A stretch of 52,697 nt of DNA from a bacterium (GCA_016699595.1 CP064982.1:709118-761814), one strand, 5' to 3'; positions 42,223-51,958 are shown, numbered from the stretch's first letter. Numbers and translations: made by a program. The notes: generated by a model from the sequence alone, not told the origin.

Positions 42223-42420
42223 ATGAGTAAAGAATATAAAGAAGTATGGCTATCATTCGGGTTTATGGTAACAATGATGATACTATTTCTTATAGTAATA
42301 AAAGTCAACAATCAGAATCCTGAGTTCTTTTCAAATTTAGCAGTTCAATTTTTTGAGTACTTCACAAAAGTTTTGTATAGATCATACTATATATTTGTAA
42401 TTTTGGTTTTCGGTAACTAA
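42223..42420 (+). CDS. Small hypothetical membrane protein
   Basis: 65 aa with two hydrophobic stretches, tightly packed between neighbours (8 and 4 nt gaps). Confidence 0.55.
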   Translation: MSKEYKEVWLSFGFMVTMMILFLIVIKVNNQNPEFFSNLAVQFFEYFTKVLYRSYYIFVILVFGN

Positions 42421-42424
42421 TACA

Positions 42425-42997
42425 ATGTCCTCGGAGATACCAGAAAAGTTAAAAATCGTTGCATTTCTAGTCTTTCTTGTGTTGTTATTTTTGATTGGTT
42501 ATACATTTTTCCTAAATTCAAAAGATATAGACAAGTATTCAAGCGACTCTGTTTCAGAATCTACTCATACACAGCAATCAATTGATCAAATAGTTGTAGA
42601 TTTGTCTGGAGCTGTTAGTAATCCCGGTGTATATAGAATTGGTAGTGACATGATCCTTGTTGATCTGATAGAAAAGTCGGGAGGATTTAGTGAGGATGTG
42701 GACAAAAATTATATTGACAAGAACTTGAATTTAGCAAGGAAGCTGAATAATGCAGAGAAGATATACATACCTAGACTCAGCGATAATCAAACGCTTGGTG
42801 TACAGAATGTAAGCTCTGGACTTGTAAATATCAATACTGCAAGTGATAGCGATCTTGATAAACTAGCCGGAGTAGGACCAGCAACTATTGAAAAGTGGAA
42901 GGATGCAAGACCTTTTGGCTCAATTAATGAACTCGTCAGTAAAAGTGTCCTTTCCCAAACAACTTTTGAGGGTATCAAAGACAAATTAACTTTGTAA
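42425..42997 (+). CDS. comEA: Competence DNA receptor ComEA (SLBB + HhH)
   Basis: VDLSGAVSNPGVY, LNLARKL..AEKIYIP and VNINTAS..DLDKLAGVGP. Confidence 0.93.
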   Translation: MSSEIPEKLKIVAFLVFLVLLFLIGYTFFLNSKDIDKYSSDSVSESTHTQQSIDQIVVDLSGAVSNPGVYRIGSDMILVDLIEKSGGFSEDVDKNYIDKNLNLARKLNNAEKIYIPRLSDNQTLGVQNVSSGLVNINTASDSDLDKLAGVGPATIEKWKDARPFGSINELVSKSVLSQTTFEGIKDKLTL

Positions 42998-43004
42998 TCC
43001 ACAA

Positions 43005-44456
43005 ATGAAAGAAGCTACACCAAATGGAAGACTCTACGGATCTTACTTTGCCACATTGTCTCCAATAGTTCTCACATTGATTGCAAACTATATCAGTTTT
43101 TATGCTGTATTAATTGTGGCTTTATTTTTCAGCATATTATTCTTTTTAATTTTCAAAAAACAAAGTTTTTTGTTTTTTCTGTTTACGATTTGCTTGATGA
43201 TATTGAGTCTGTTTATAGTTTTTGCTCAAGTTAAGGCTTACAATTATGCAAGTTTTGTAGGACAAGAAACTGCACTCCAAGCTACTATTGAGAGTCGCAT
43301 TGACTGTACAGGAGATGAGTATTGTAGTTTCGATATCAGACCAATTACCCGTATTGGCAAGGTAAAGATTTATATTGATTGGAGTGAAGAAGTAGAAAGG
43401 TTGGAAATTGGTGATAATTTGAATATTACTACAATGTTGAGCCTACCGAATATCTATGAGGATTTTGACTATAGAAGCTACTTAAACAATCAAGGTATAT
43501 TCTTGATTGGCAAGAATACAAAAATACTGAATCTAACAAAAACTCAAAACTTTTATAGAAGTAGCTTAAACAAAATTATTGCAACCTTGTCACTTGATTC
43601 AAAAGTTCTAAATGACAAAGAGAACTCACTGTTACTGGCTATGGTCTTAGGCTTTCGCGAAAATATCCCCCTAGATCTTTCTGAAGATTTCAAAAACCTT
43701 GGATTGACTCATATAATTGCAGTTTCAGGCTTCAATATAACAATACTAATATCATTTGCATTACTTGCCGCCAGATATATCAATAAAAGAAGGACTTTCG
43801 TCCTTGTATTCATTCTTGCTACGCTCTATATGTCCTTGGTAGGATTTGATAATTTGCCTGCACTTAGAGCTTACATACTAGGAATGATAGTTATACTTAC
43901 GCAACTATATGGAAGAAAAGTTTCAAATACCAGCTCATTGCTTGTCGCAGTAATGATAGTGCAATTCATAAATATCAAAAGCTTTCTAGATATTGGTTTT
44001 CAATTATCTTTGATCACTTACACAGCTATAATATTTTTGGAAAAAGATTTTCGGCAGTATTGCAAATTTCTGCCAAAAGGAGTTGATGCTATTTTTTCAA
44101 CTAGTCTCTTAGCGTCAGTTCTCACTTCTCCGATAACGCTTAAAATCTCTCATCAATTTCCAATAATAGCTCCAATTGCAAATATACTGATACTTCCCAT
44201 AGTTCCTTTAGTTACAATACTTGGATTGATTCATTTCACACTTAAATTGCTCGGTATAACATTTATAGAAGTTCCATTGAAAGTTTTACTTGTATACATA
44301 ACAAATGTGAGTAATTTTATCTCTGATTTCAGCTTTTCAACTATAGGTATAAGTGATAAAATTATCAAATATATAGATATTTCAATATTATTTACAATGG
44401 TTTTGATCATTTTTACTAAGTACAAACGAAGTAAAGATATATCAAAGGATTTATAA
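43005..44456 (+). CDS. comEC: Competence channel ComEC (OB + Competence domain, no MBL domain)
   Basis: FDYRSYL, LAMVLG, GLTHIIAVSGFNI, ALRA, DIGFQLS and IANILILP. Confidence 0.92.
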   Translation: MKEATPNGRLYGSYFATLSPIVLTLIANYISFYAVLIVALFFSILFFLIFKKQSFLFFLFTICLMILSLFIVFAQVKAYNYASFVGQETALQATIESRIDCTGDEYCSFDIRPITRIGKVKIYIDWSEEVERLEIGDNLNITTMLSLPNIYEDFDYRSYLNNQGIFLIGKNTKILNLTKTQNFYRSSLNKIIATLSLDSKVLNDKENSLLLAMVLGFRENIPLDLSEDFKNLGLTHIIAVSGFNITILISFALLAARYINKRRTFVLVFILATLYMSLVGFDNLPALRAYILGMIVILTQLYGRKVSNTSSLLVAVMIVQFINIKSFLDIGFQLSLITYTAIIFLEKDFRQYCKFLPKGVDAIFSTSLLASVLTSPITLKISHQFPIIAPIANILILPIVPLVTILGLIHFTLKLLGITFIEVPLKVLLVYITNVSNFISDFSFSTIGISDKIIKYIDISILFTMVLIIFTKYKRSKDISKDL

Positions 44457-44458
44457 TT

Positions 44459-45085
44459 ATGTCGAACCTTCCAGAACCAATTAGAAAGCTTAGATATCAA
44501 CGAACATTTGCAATGATTAAGCCAGATGGAGTTGCAAGAGGGCTTACAGGAGAAATACTGAAACGATTTGAAGTAAGGGGTCTGAAAATAGTTTCAATGA
44601 AAATGGTAAGACCAACAGACAAACAAATTATGGAACATTATGTTGCTAGTAGAGAAGAATGGATACGCGGACTTGGACAAAAGGGAGTAGGTACTTTTCA
44701 TGAGTTGCATTTAGATATCAAAGAACATATGGGAACAGATGATGAATTGGAAATAGGTAAAATTGTTTATCAGGGACTTGTTGAATATATGAAGTCTGGT
44801 CCAGTAATTCCTATGGTGATAGAAGGGGTACAAGCAGTTGAAATGGTTAGAAAACTTGTTGGACCTACTATTCCACTGAAAGCAGAGCTTGGAACGATTC
44901 GAGGAGATTTCTCAGTTGATAGTACTTCTATTGCAAATGTTGAAAAACGATCAATCCACAATCTAATCCATGCATCTGGCAATTTAGAAGAAGCGGAGTA
45001 TGAAATCAAAGTGTGGTTTGATGATGACGAGATATTTACCTACAAAAGATCTGATGAAGATTTCATGTTTGAGAAGTATTACTAA
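44459..45085 (+). CDS. ndk: Nucleoside diphosphate kinase (long form)
   Basis: QRTFAMIKPDGVARGL.GEI..RFE, SGPV, VRKLVG.T, GTIRGDF and NLIHASG (phospho-His). Confidence 0.95.
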   Translation: MSNLPEPIRKLRYQRTFAMIKPDGVARGLTGEILKRFEVRGLKIVSMKMVRPTDKQIMEHYVASREEWIRGLGQKGVGTFHELHLDIKEHMGTDDELEIGKIVYQGLVEYMKSGPVIPMVIEGVQAVEMVRKLVGPTIPLKAELGTIRGDFSVDSTSIANVEKRSIHNLIHASGNLEEAEYEIKVWFDDDEIFTYKRSDEDFMFEKYY

Positions 45086-45096
45086 TAGCTTGATAT

Positions 45097-45690
45097 ATGG
45101 ATTTTGTTCAAATTATAAAAATAGTAATCGCCTTCCTAACACCAATACCCTTTATCATAGGTTATATATATCTGGAATTAATTTCGAAAAGAACAGGGAC
45201 ATTTCTTAACGCTCAACAGCTTTTAGAATCCAACCTGTGTACTTTAGCAGAAATTTATAAAAGCGAACTGGTTATTGAATTAGGTTTTATATTTACATCT
45301 ATAGGACTTATAGTTACTGGAATCTTTTTAAGAGATGAAATTTCTTATGAGAATCTTGGTAATATGATTTTTGGTATTTCAAGTCTTGCGAGTTTATGTT
45401 CACTTTTAGCAGCAATGTCGGTTAGAAATCATACTCAAAAGCTGCATAAATACTCTTCTAGAATACTCATTTTATTTTTGATTGTTCTATCAATTCTTAC
45501 CAATATTGCGCTGATACTTGATGATCGATTCTTTGGTATTCTTGGAACTACTATTACTGTACTTCCATCTATTTATATTATATACACTGTCAGGAGAAAT
45601 AAGTTTATAAATAAAACTAGTCAGATAGTATTTCATATGTCCTTTAGTTTTTGGCTTTGGATTGTAATGATAAGGCTACTTTTACAATAA
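45097..45690 (+). CDS. Multi-TM membrane protein (DUF998-like)
   Basis: About 5 TM segments with S.L-like N-terminus and LH..S motif. Family call is tentative. Confidence 0.6.
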   Translation: MDFVQIIKIVIAFLTPIPFIIGYIYLELISKRTGTFLNAQQLLESNLCTLAEIYKSELVIELGFIFTSIGLIVTGIFLRDEISYENLGNMIFGISSLASLCSLLAAMSVRNHTQKLHKYSSRILILFLIVLSILTNIALILDDRFFGILGTTITVLPSIYIIYTVRRNKFINKTSQIVFHMSFSFWLWIVMIRLLLQ

Positions 45691-45691
45691 C

Positions 45692-47221
45692 ATGCAAAAT
45701 TTTTCGAAATTACAACATAAATCAAACAAGAAAAAGGCAATAATAATAGGTTCTGGCTTTGGTGGTTTAGCAATAGCTATAAGACTTCAGGCATTAGGGT
45801 TTCAAACTGAAATATTTGAAAAAAATGAAATGATAGGTGGGCATGCTAGTCAGATCAAAAAAGAAGGATTTACTTTTGATATGGGACCATCTATAGTCAC
45901 TATACCTTTTACTATCCAAGAACTATTTGGACTGAATGGTGAAGACATGAATGATTATTTGCAAATGTCATCACTTGATCCACTTTATAGGATATATTTC
46001 CACGACAAAAGTTATATAGATTACACTGGGAATGCTGATCAGATGAAGGCACAAATCTCGAAGTTTAATGAAAAAGATGCAAAGAACTATGATAAGTTTA
46101 TGAAATTATCATCATCTATATATAAAATAGTAATTGAAGACGGATTGGGAAGCAAACCGTTTTCAAGTTTGTGGGATTTTTTGAAATTCGCCCCTCGTGC
46201 GATAAAGCTTAAAGCAGTGCTACCTGGCTACTTTCTTGTTTCCAGATACTTCAAAGATTTTCGAACGCGCTTCCTTTTTTCGTTTCACCCATTGTTCATA
46301 GGAGGAAATCCATTTACTACTCCATCGATATTTCTTATGTTGCCATACCTAGAGAAGCTTGGCGGAGTGTGGTATGCAACAGGTGGCATGTATAAAATTA
46401 TAGAAGAATTGGGGAAACTTTATACAAGGATGGGCGGCAAAATTCATTTAAATTCTGAAGTAACAGAAATTCTAATAGAGAACGGATGTGCAATCGGTGT
46501 CAAAGTGCATAATGAGGAAATGCTCTCAGATATTGTCGTTTCAAACTCACACTTTGCAAATACATACATGGATTTAATTCCTGAGACAAAAAGGCAAAAA
46601 TGGCCCAACAAAAAAATACTTAATAAACAATATAGCATGAGTTGTTTTTTAATTTACCTCGGGATAAGTGAAAGATACGATAAATTCAAACACCATACAC
46701 TTATACTTTCAGAAAGATATAAGGAACTTGTTACGGATTTGTTTGACAAAACTGTTTTACCTGATGATTTTTCTATGTATATTCACACTCCATCAAAAAC
46801 TGATGAAACGATGGCTCCAGCAGGTTGTGATAGTGTTTACATACTTATACCGACTCCAAATCTGAATGCTGATGTGAATTGGGATAAATACAAAGATACT
46901 TATGCGAAAAAGATTATTGACTTTCTGGAAAGTGATTTTGGGTTGAAGGATTTATCAAAAAATGTAAAAGTAAAAGAGATTTTTACACCTCTGGATTTTC
47001 AAAGAAAAAGGAATAACTTTTTAGGAGCTCCGTGGAGTTTACAACCTTCATTGTTTCAAATAGCATCATTTAGACCACATAATAAGTCTGAGGATATAAA
47101 TGGTCTTTATCTCGTTGGTGCTAGTACTCATCCAGGAGGTGGAGTACCAGGTGTATTACTCGGTGCTAAAGCTACAGAGGCTGTTATAGCTAAAGACTTT
47201 GGATTATTTTTTATAAAATAA
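45692..47221 (+). CDS. crtI: Phytoene desaturase-family carotenoid oxidoreductase (CrtI/CrtN/CrtD-like)
   Basis: IIGSGFGGLA.AIRL, FDMGPSI, GGNPF, GGVWY..GG, FRPHNK and YLVGASTHPGGGVPGV. Confidence 0.9.
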   Translation: MQNFSKLQHKSNKKKAIIIGSGFGGLAIAIRLQALGFQTEIFEKNEMIGGHASQIKKEGFTFDMGPSIVTIPFTIQELFGLNGEDMNDYLQMSSLDPLYRIYFHDKSYIDYTGNADQMKAQISKFNEKDAKNYDKFMKLSSSIYKIVIEDGLGSKPFSSLWDFLKFAPRAIKLKAVLPGYFLVSRYFKDFRTRFLFSFHPLFIGGNPFTTPSIFLMLPYLEKLGGVWYATGGMYKIIEELGKLYTRMGGKIHLNSEVTEILIENGCAIGVKVHNEEMLSDIVVSNSHFANTYMDLIPETKRQKWPNKKILNKQYSMSCFLIYLGISERYDKFKHHTLILSERYKELVTDLFDKTVLPDDFSMYIHTPSKTDETMAPAGCDSVYILIPTPNLNADVNWDKYKDTYAKKIIDFLESDFGLKDLSKNVKVKEIFTPLDFQRKRNNFLGAPWSLQPSLFQIASFRPHNKSEDINGLYLVGASTHPGGGVPGVLLGAKATEAVIAKDFGLFFIK

Positions 47222-47225
47222 ATAT

Positions 47226-48644
47226 ATGTTAAGTATAGTCATACCTGCATATAATGAAGAAAGTATAATAACTGAAACGATAACAAATGTTAAAGAAGTA
47301 CTTTTAGCAATTGATCAAAATTTCGAAATAATTGTAGTTGACAACAACTCAACTGACAATACTTCAGACTTAGCAAAGTCATTAGGCGCAAAGGTGTTTT
47401 TTGAGCCTGAAAATAGTATTGCAAAAGCTAGAAACATGGGCACGAAACATGCAAGTGGAGATATATTGATTTTCATTGATGCAGATAGCAAATTAAGCAA
47501 GAAGCTTGTTTTACAAAGCCTATTGGCACTAGATGAAGGTCTTATAGCAGTAAGTGCTATATCATCATTAGATAAATACCCTTCACTTATTAGTTTTGGT
47601 ATTTGGTTGTATAATCTAATCTCAATTGTTTTCAAAATAGGTATAGGCCAATTTATAATGATCCGAAAAAAGGATTTTGATGTCATAGGAGGTTTTGACG
47701 AAACATATTATGCATTCGAAGAGTTAGAGTTTTTCAAGCAGCTAAAACTGAAATATAGTCGAAGGAGCTTTAAAGTATTGACAATACCAGTAGAAACAAG
47801 TAGTCGCAAGTTTGAGAAGGGTAAAACAGATACCACTAAGTTTTTGTTATTATTACTCGCATATTTCAAAAATCCCAAAGTAGGTCAAGATAAGAAGCAA
47901 CTGGATTTCTGGTACAAAAGATCAGATGTACAAAACTCAAGGTTTTCCAGATATAGAAAATGGTTAGTTGTCTTTTTTATGTTTTTATTTTGGTCAAATA
48001 CTGCATTATTAAAGACCAATAATCAGATCCTTGAATATTCTTTTCTAATTACTCCCATAATATTTTTCATAATGCTATTTGTGATAATTCAAGACAAGTC
48101 GAAAATCAAAGACTTCTTGTTGATGTTCCTTATTACAATGATTATAGAAATAGTTGGTGTTAAGACAGGTTTCCCATTTGGTCGTTATCTCTATGATCCT
48201 GCATATGCAAGTATAGGAATAGGTGAAGTTCCTATATTTATTGGATTTGCATGGTATATATTGATTGTAGGTATATCCAAAGTAACTGCTAGTCGGGTAC
48301 TATCTGCTATATATATTGTAATTCTTGATCTTATACTTGAGGTGTTTGCAGTAGAAATGGGTATTTGGACTTGGACACAAAGGTATAATAACATATTATA
48401 TGCTCCGATATGGAACTATATATCTTGGGGAATTATTGCTTTTCTATTGTACCCAATAGCAAAGAAGCAAGGTACTGATATTTTTATTATGGCTTTTCTA
48501 CTTGTGGTAATCATTGGTTATTTTTCAAGCAGCTTGATAATTTTGGGACAACCTATAATTGCCATCTTTGGTTATATGTTTTGTATAGTTTTAGTCATAA
48601 CTGCTATCAAGACAGGGGTTAATGAAATTGCTAATATATGTTGA
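47226..48644 (+). CDS. GT2 glycosyltransferase fused to CruF-like carotenoid biosynthesis (Caroten_synth) domain
   Basis: N-terminal SIVIPAYNEE, VVDNNSTD, ARN.G and FIDAD. C-terminal EIVGVKTGFPFGRYLY, VPIFIGFAW, DLILE.FAV..G.W.W and P.WNYISW. Confidence 0.85.
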   Translation: MLSIVIPAYNEESIITETITNVKEVLLAIDQNFEIIVVDNNSTDNTSDLAKSLGAKVFFEPENSIAKARNMGTKHASGDILIFIDADSKLSKKLVLQSLLALDEGLIAVSAISSLDKYPSLISFGIWLYNLISIVFKIGIGQFIMIRKKDFDVIGGFDETYYAFEELEFFKQLKLKYSRRSFKVLTIPVETSSRKFEKGKTDTTKFLLLLLAYFKNPKVGQDKKQLDFWYKRSDVQNSRFSRYRKWLVVFFMFLFWSNTALLKTNNQILEYSFLITPIIFFIMLFVIIQDKSKIKDFLLMFLITMIIEIVGVKTGFPFGRYLYDPAYASIGIGEVPIFIGFAWYILIVGISKVTASRVLSAIYIVILDLILEVFAVEMGIWTWTQRYNNILYAPIWNYISWGIIAFLLYPIAKKQGTDIFIMAFLLVVIIGYFSSSLIILGQPIIAIFGYMFCIVLVITAIKTGVNEIANIC

Positions 48645-48764
48645 CTAGGTATGTTAAAATTACTGTAATGCAAACAGTTTAAAATTTGAAATGGCCGATT
48701 GGTAGAATAATACTGCAAATAGATTTCGCAGTTGAAGGTTTTCTGTATCTCAAGTTCTTATCTA

Positions 48765-48838
48765 GCCGCTGTAGCTCAAATGGATAGAGCAACGCACTCC
48801 TAACGCGTAGGTTGTAGGTTCAATTCCTGCCAGCGGCG
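48765..48838 (+). tRNA. tRNA-Arg (anticodon CCT)
   Basis: GCCGCTG/CAGCGGC acceptor and anticodon arm ACGCA-CTCCTAA-CGCGT (A31-C39 mismatch). Confidence 0.88.
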
Positions 48839-48841
48839 AAA

Positions 48842-50179
48842 CTATTCAAACAAATTTAGAGTGCTTATTTTTTTCAGATTTCCTATTGTCTCGTACTTAA
48901 ATAGTTTATCTCCAACTAAATAATATCTTTCGTTCTCTAGTTTTTCAATGCTAAAATGATTGAGCTTTGTGCTACCATAAAAGTAATCCAATCTATTGTT
49001 ATTTTGAATCAATAAGCTAGTATCAGATACTGATAATGTATCTGTTTCAGAGTTATAAAATGCACGAGGAATTGCTATTACTACATTATTTTTCAGTAAT
49101 ATATTTACAACATTTTCGCTTTTGGAATAAAAATATCCGTCTTCACTATAGCTATAGTCTCCAGAGATAATCTTGATAAGTTCAAGTTTTTCATTGAAAA
49201 TTCGAATATCATTTTCATCGAATATATATAAATTATTTCTCAATATTTTTGCTTTGATAGAATTGAGGTTACTAGTAAAGTTTAGTTTTTCTGACTTTGA
49301 GGCAAAATTTGAATCTACAGCAAAAAATATCTTCTCAAAACTATCATAAACAATTGGAACATTATTCAATAATCCGATATATTCTTCTTCACTTTGCAAA
49401 CTATAGCGAATTTTAGCAGTTCTTGACTTTAGGTCATATTCAACCAAAAGATTATTTGAAAGAAAAAATAAGCTATTATCAGTTATAGAGACTTTTGATA
49501 AATCATTGAAAGCTCTCTTTAATTCAAACTCAATTTCAGTATCTGTAAACAATATATAATTGCAGTTATCAAATATATGTTGATTTGTGAGATTTAGACA
49601 TGTATAGTTTATGTTTTTTGAATAAAGTATTTCTTCAGAGAAATTGAAATTTGGCTCTGTTTTTGAAACTATATCTTTCAATCGCTTTTCGGTGACAAGG
49701 TTGTATATATGAGCAAACTTACCTTCTGATAAATTTACTATATAGTTCTGTCCCCAAAGAATAAAGTTATCCAAATATTCACCAAGCACCTTGAATTGCG
49801 TTGATTCAGAATCAGAGATCATTACAGGGCTAACTTCATATATCTTGCCTTTTTCAACTTCAACACTTTCGTGATATTTACTATATCCATCAGATTCAAT
49901 ATCTAGCCTGTATTTGCCTGGTTTCAAGGAGTCTGTTGTGAGTGGTGAACTACCGATTTGCACACCGTCTAAATACACCTTAGCAGGACCTTTCGTAAGA
50001 ACTTTGATTTTGCCAGTTCTAGAGAATTCTGGGAGATTTATAGTGACATTATCAGTTATTTGATATACTTTTGAATTTTCGTAATCTGCTACAAATCCAT
50101 TTGCTTCATATATTCCATAAACAGATAGAATCACAAAGAAGGTATAAAATAGCAAATGGACTAAATTTTCCCTTTTCAT
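48842..50179 (-). CDS. PEGA-domain membrane-anchored protein
   Basis: N-terminal TM segment and G.I.V.T.GPA.VYLDG..IG.SP.....L.PG.Y.L.I...GY (PEGA). Confidence 0.8.
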   Translation of the reverse strand: MKRENLVHLLFYTFFVILSVYGIYEANGFVADYENSKVYQITDNVTINLPEFSRTGKIKVLTKGPAKVYLDGVQIGSSPLTTDSLKPGKYRLDIESDGYSKYHESVEVEKGKIYEVSPVMISDSESTQFKVLGEYLDNFILWGQNYIVNLSEGKFAHIYNLVTEKRLKDIVSKTEPNFNFSEEILYSKNINYTCLNLTNQHIFDNCNYILFTDTEIEFELKRAFNDLSKVSITDNSLFFLSNNLLVEYDLKSRTAKIRYSLQSEEEYIGLLNNVPIVYDSFEKIFFAVDSNFASKSEKLNFTSNLNSIKAKILRNNLYIFDENDIRIFNEKLELIKIISGDYSYSEDGYFYSKSENVVNILLKNNVVIAIPRAFYNSETDTLSVSDTSLLIQNNNRLDYFYGSTKLNHFSIEKLENERYYLVGDKLFKYETIGNLKKISTLNLFE

Positions 50180-50223
50180 GCATAAATTATAGCAAATATT
50201 ATATTGAATGGTATAATTTCAAT

Positions 50224-51195
50224 ATGCGAAAAAATATATGTATAGATCTAGGGACTGCAAATGTATTGGTTTCAGTCAATGGAGAGCTGATATTTGAGGA
50301 ACCTACATACATTGCAATGTCAAATGACAAAAGAACTGTCTTGTCGGTAGGAAAAGAAGCCAAGAGTATGTCAGGAAAAGTTTCGAAGGAAATATCTGTC
50401 GTTAGACCTATGAAAAATGGTGTGATATCTGATTTCAAAGCAGCAAGAAAGCTTGTTGAGTATTGTATATCACTTGCTGGTAAAAACAATTGGTTAAAAC
50501 CAAATGTCTTGATTTCAGTTCCTGCAGGACTTACATCAGTTGAAGAAAGAGCTGTAATAGAAGCTGGCATGTATGCCGGAGCAAGTAAGGTCATATTACT
50601 TCCAGAGCCAATATCTGCAGCTATTGGTGCGGGTTTGCCAGTATTATCAGCCAAGGGCTTTATGATAGTAAATATGGGAGGAGGTACATCGGAAATAGCA
50701 GTAGTGTCTGTTGGTTCAGTGATCAATTTCAAATCTGAGAGGATTGCAGGTGATTTTATCACAGAGAAGATAATGACATTTCTAAAGCAGCAATATGAAA
50801 TCAATGTCGGAGAAGCATCAGCTGAAGAACTAAAGATCCAAATTGGAAATCTAGTTCCAACCGCAGAACCTATATTTCATGAAATAAGAGGTAAGGACCT
50901 AGATGGTTTTACACCAAGGACTTTGAATATTAGTTCAAACGACATAATAGATGCAATATCTCCTGTTATCTCAGTTATTGCAAGATCAGTTAAAGAAGTT
51001 ATTGAGAAATCACAATCTGAATTGGTGTCAGACATCATAGAAAATGGCATAGTACTATCTGGAGGAACGGCTGGTATAAAAGGTATAGATATCTTTATGC
51101 ACGACTCAGTTGGGATTTACGCTCATATAGCAGAAGATCCAATACATGCTGTTATTCGAGGTCTGTCGGCTTCGGTAGAGAAAGTCTTTTCGTAA
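50224..51195 (+). CDS. mreB: MreB/Mbl-family rod-shape actin homologue
   Basis: IDLGTANVLV, PMKNGVISDF, VPAGLTSVEERAV, EPISAAIGAGLP, GGGTSEIA and LSGGTA. Start is ATG 50224. Confidence 0.92.
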   Translation: MRKNICIDLGTANVLVSVNGELIFEEPTYIAMSNDKRTVLSVGKEAKSMSGKVSKEISVVRPMKNGVISDFKAARKLVEYCISLAGKNNWLKPNVLISVPAGLTSVEERAVIEAGMYAGASKVILLPEPISAAIGAGLPVLSAKGFMIVNMGGGTSEIAVVSVGSVINFKSERIAGDFITEKIMTFLKQQYEINVGEASAEELKIQIGNLVPTAEPIFHEIRGKDLDGFTPRTLNISSNDIIDAISPVISVIARSVKEVIEKSQSELVSDIIENGIVLSGGTAGIKGIDIFMHDSVGIYAHIAEDPIHAVIRGLSASVEKVFS

Positions 51196-51838
51196 ACTCT
51201 TGGTCATAAAGCAAAACTATAAAAATACCAAGCAGCAAAAATATCCACCAATTTCTATTTAGCAGTGAATAAATAGGTTGCCAAGAAATAAGCAGGAAAC
51301 TTATTGATGAAAGGGCAAGGTTTAGGATTAGACTTTTGAGCATTATAGATTTGCCATTATGGCTCAGTAGATCCAGAAAGTACTGTACTATATACACTAT
51401 TAGTAAGACACTAAGAATATCTAAACTCAAACTCTCAGTTGAAATCAATTTAAACAGCATGAATCCAAGTAGCAAGAAAACTACATCTATCAACTTATAT
51501 TTCTTGTAAGTATAGAACTCCTGCTTTATGCTATCACTAAAGACTTTTTTTGCCAAAAATGCCTTGCTAAATATAATGAGTAAAGTCAAACTAGTAATGA
51601 ATGATAAAACTAGCAATTGATCTCTTAGGGTTCCTGATCTCCAGTCGACAAGATATCTATTTGTCAATAATGCAAACAATACAATTGTAATCCCTAAATT
51701 CAAATCACTTTTCAAGTTTTCAAAAATAGTTATTACTATTAGGTAGCCAAGAATGACTACAATAATACTAAGTAAGCTATACCCAAGAGGTAGTGAAATT
51801 TCCAAAGTATTTATAAAAAATATAGAGATTGGATCCAT
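51152..51838 (-). CDS. Hypothetical polytopic membrane protein
   Basis: 228 aa with about 7 hydrophobic segments. Confidence 0.7.
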   Translation of the reverse strand: MDPISIFFINTLEISLPLGYSLLSIIVVILGYLIVITIFENLKSDLNLGITIVLFALLTNRYLVDWRSGTLRDQLLVLSFITSLTLLIIFSKAFLAKKVFSDSIKQEFYTYKKYKLIDVVFLLLGFMLFKLISTESLSLDILSVLLIVYIVQYFLDLLSHNGKSIMLKSLILNLALSSISFLLISWQPIYSLLNRNWWIFLLLGIFIVLLYDQEFTKRLSLPKPTDLE

Positions 51839-51910
51839 ATGAATTATCTGTATGTGATTGATTAATTAGTTCCCAAAGAATTATACTATAGGTGGAAGTT
51901 TCAATATACG

Positions 51911-51933
51911 AAAAAAGGGCACTTGCCCCTTTT
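51911..51933 (-). terminator. Intrinsic terminator after rplJ-rplL
   Basis: Minus strand GGGC-AAGT-GCCC followed by TTTTTT. Confidence 0.7.
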
Positions 51934-51958
51934 CGATAAAAATTGAAAAATGATACTC

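Noticed and set aside
50071-50223. N-terminal extension of MreB
   Set aside because: It overlaps the opposite-strand PEGA gene and the promoter. Homology starts at ATG 50224.
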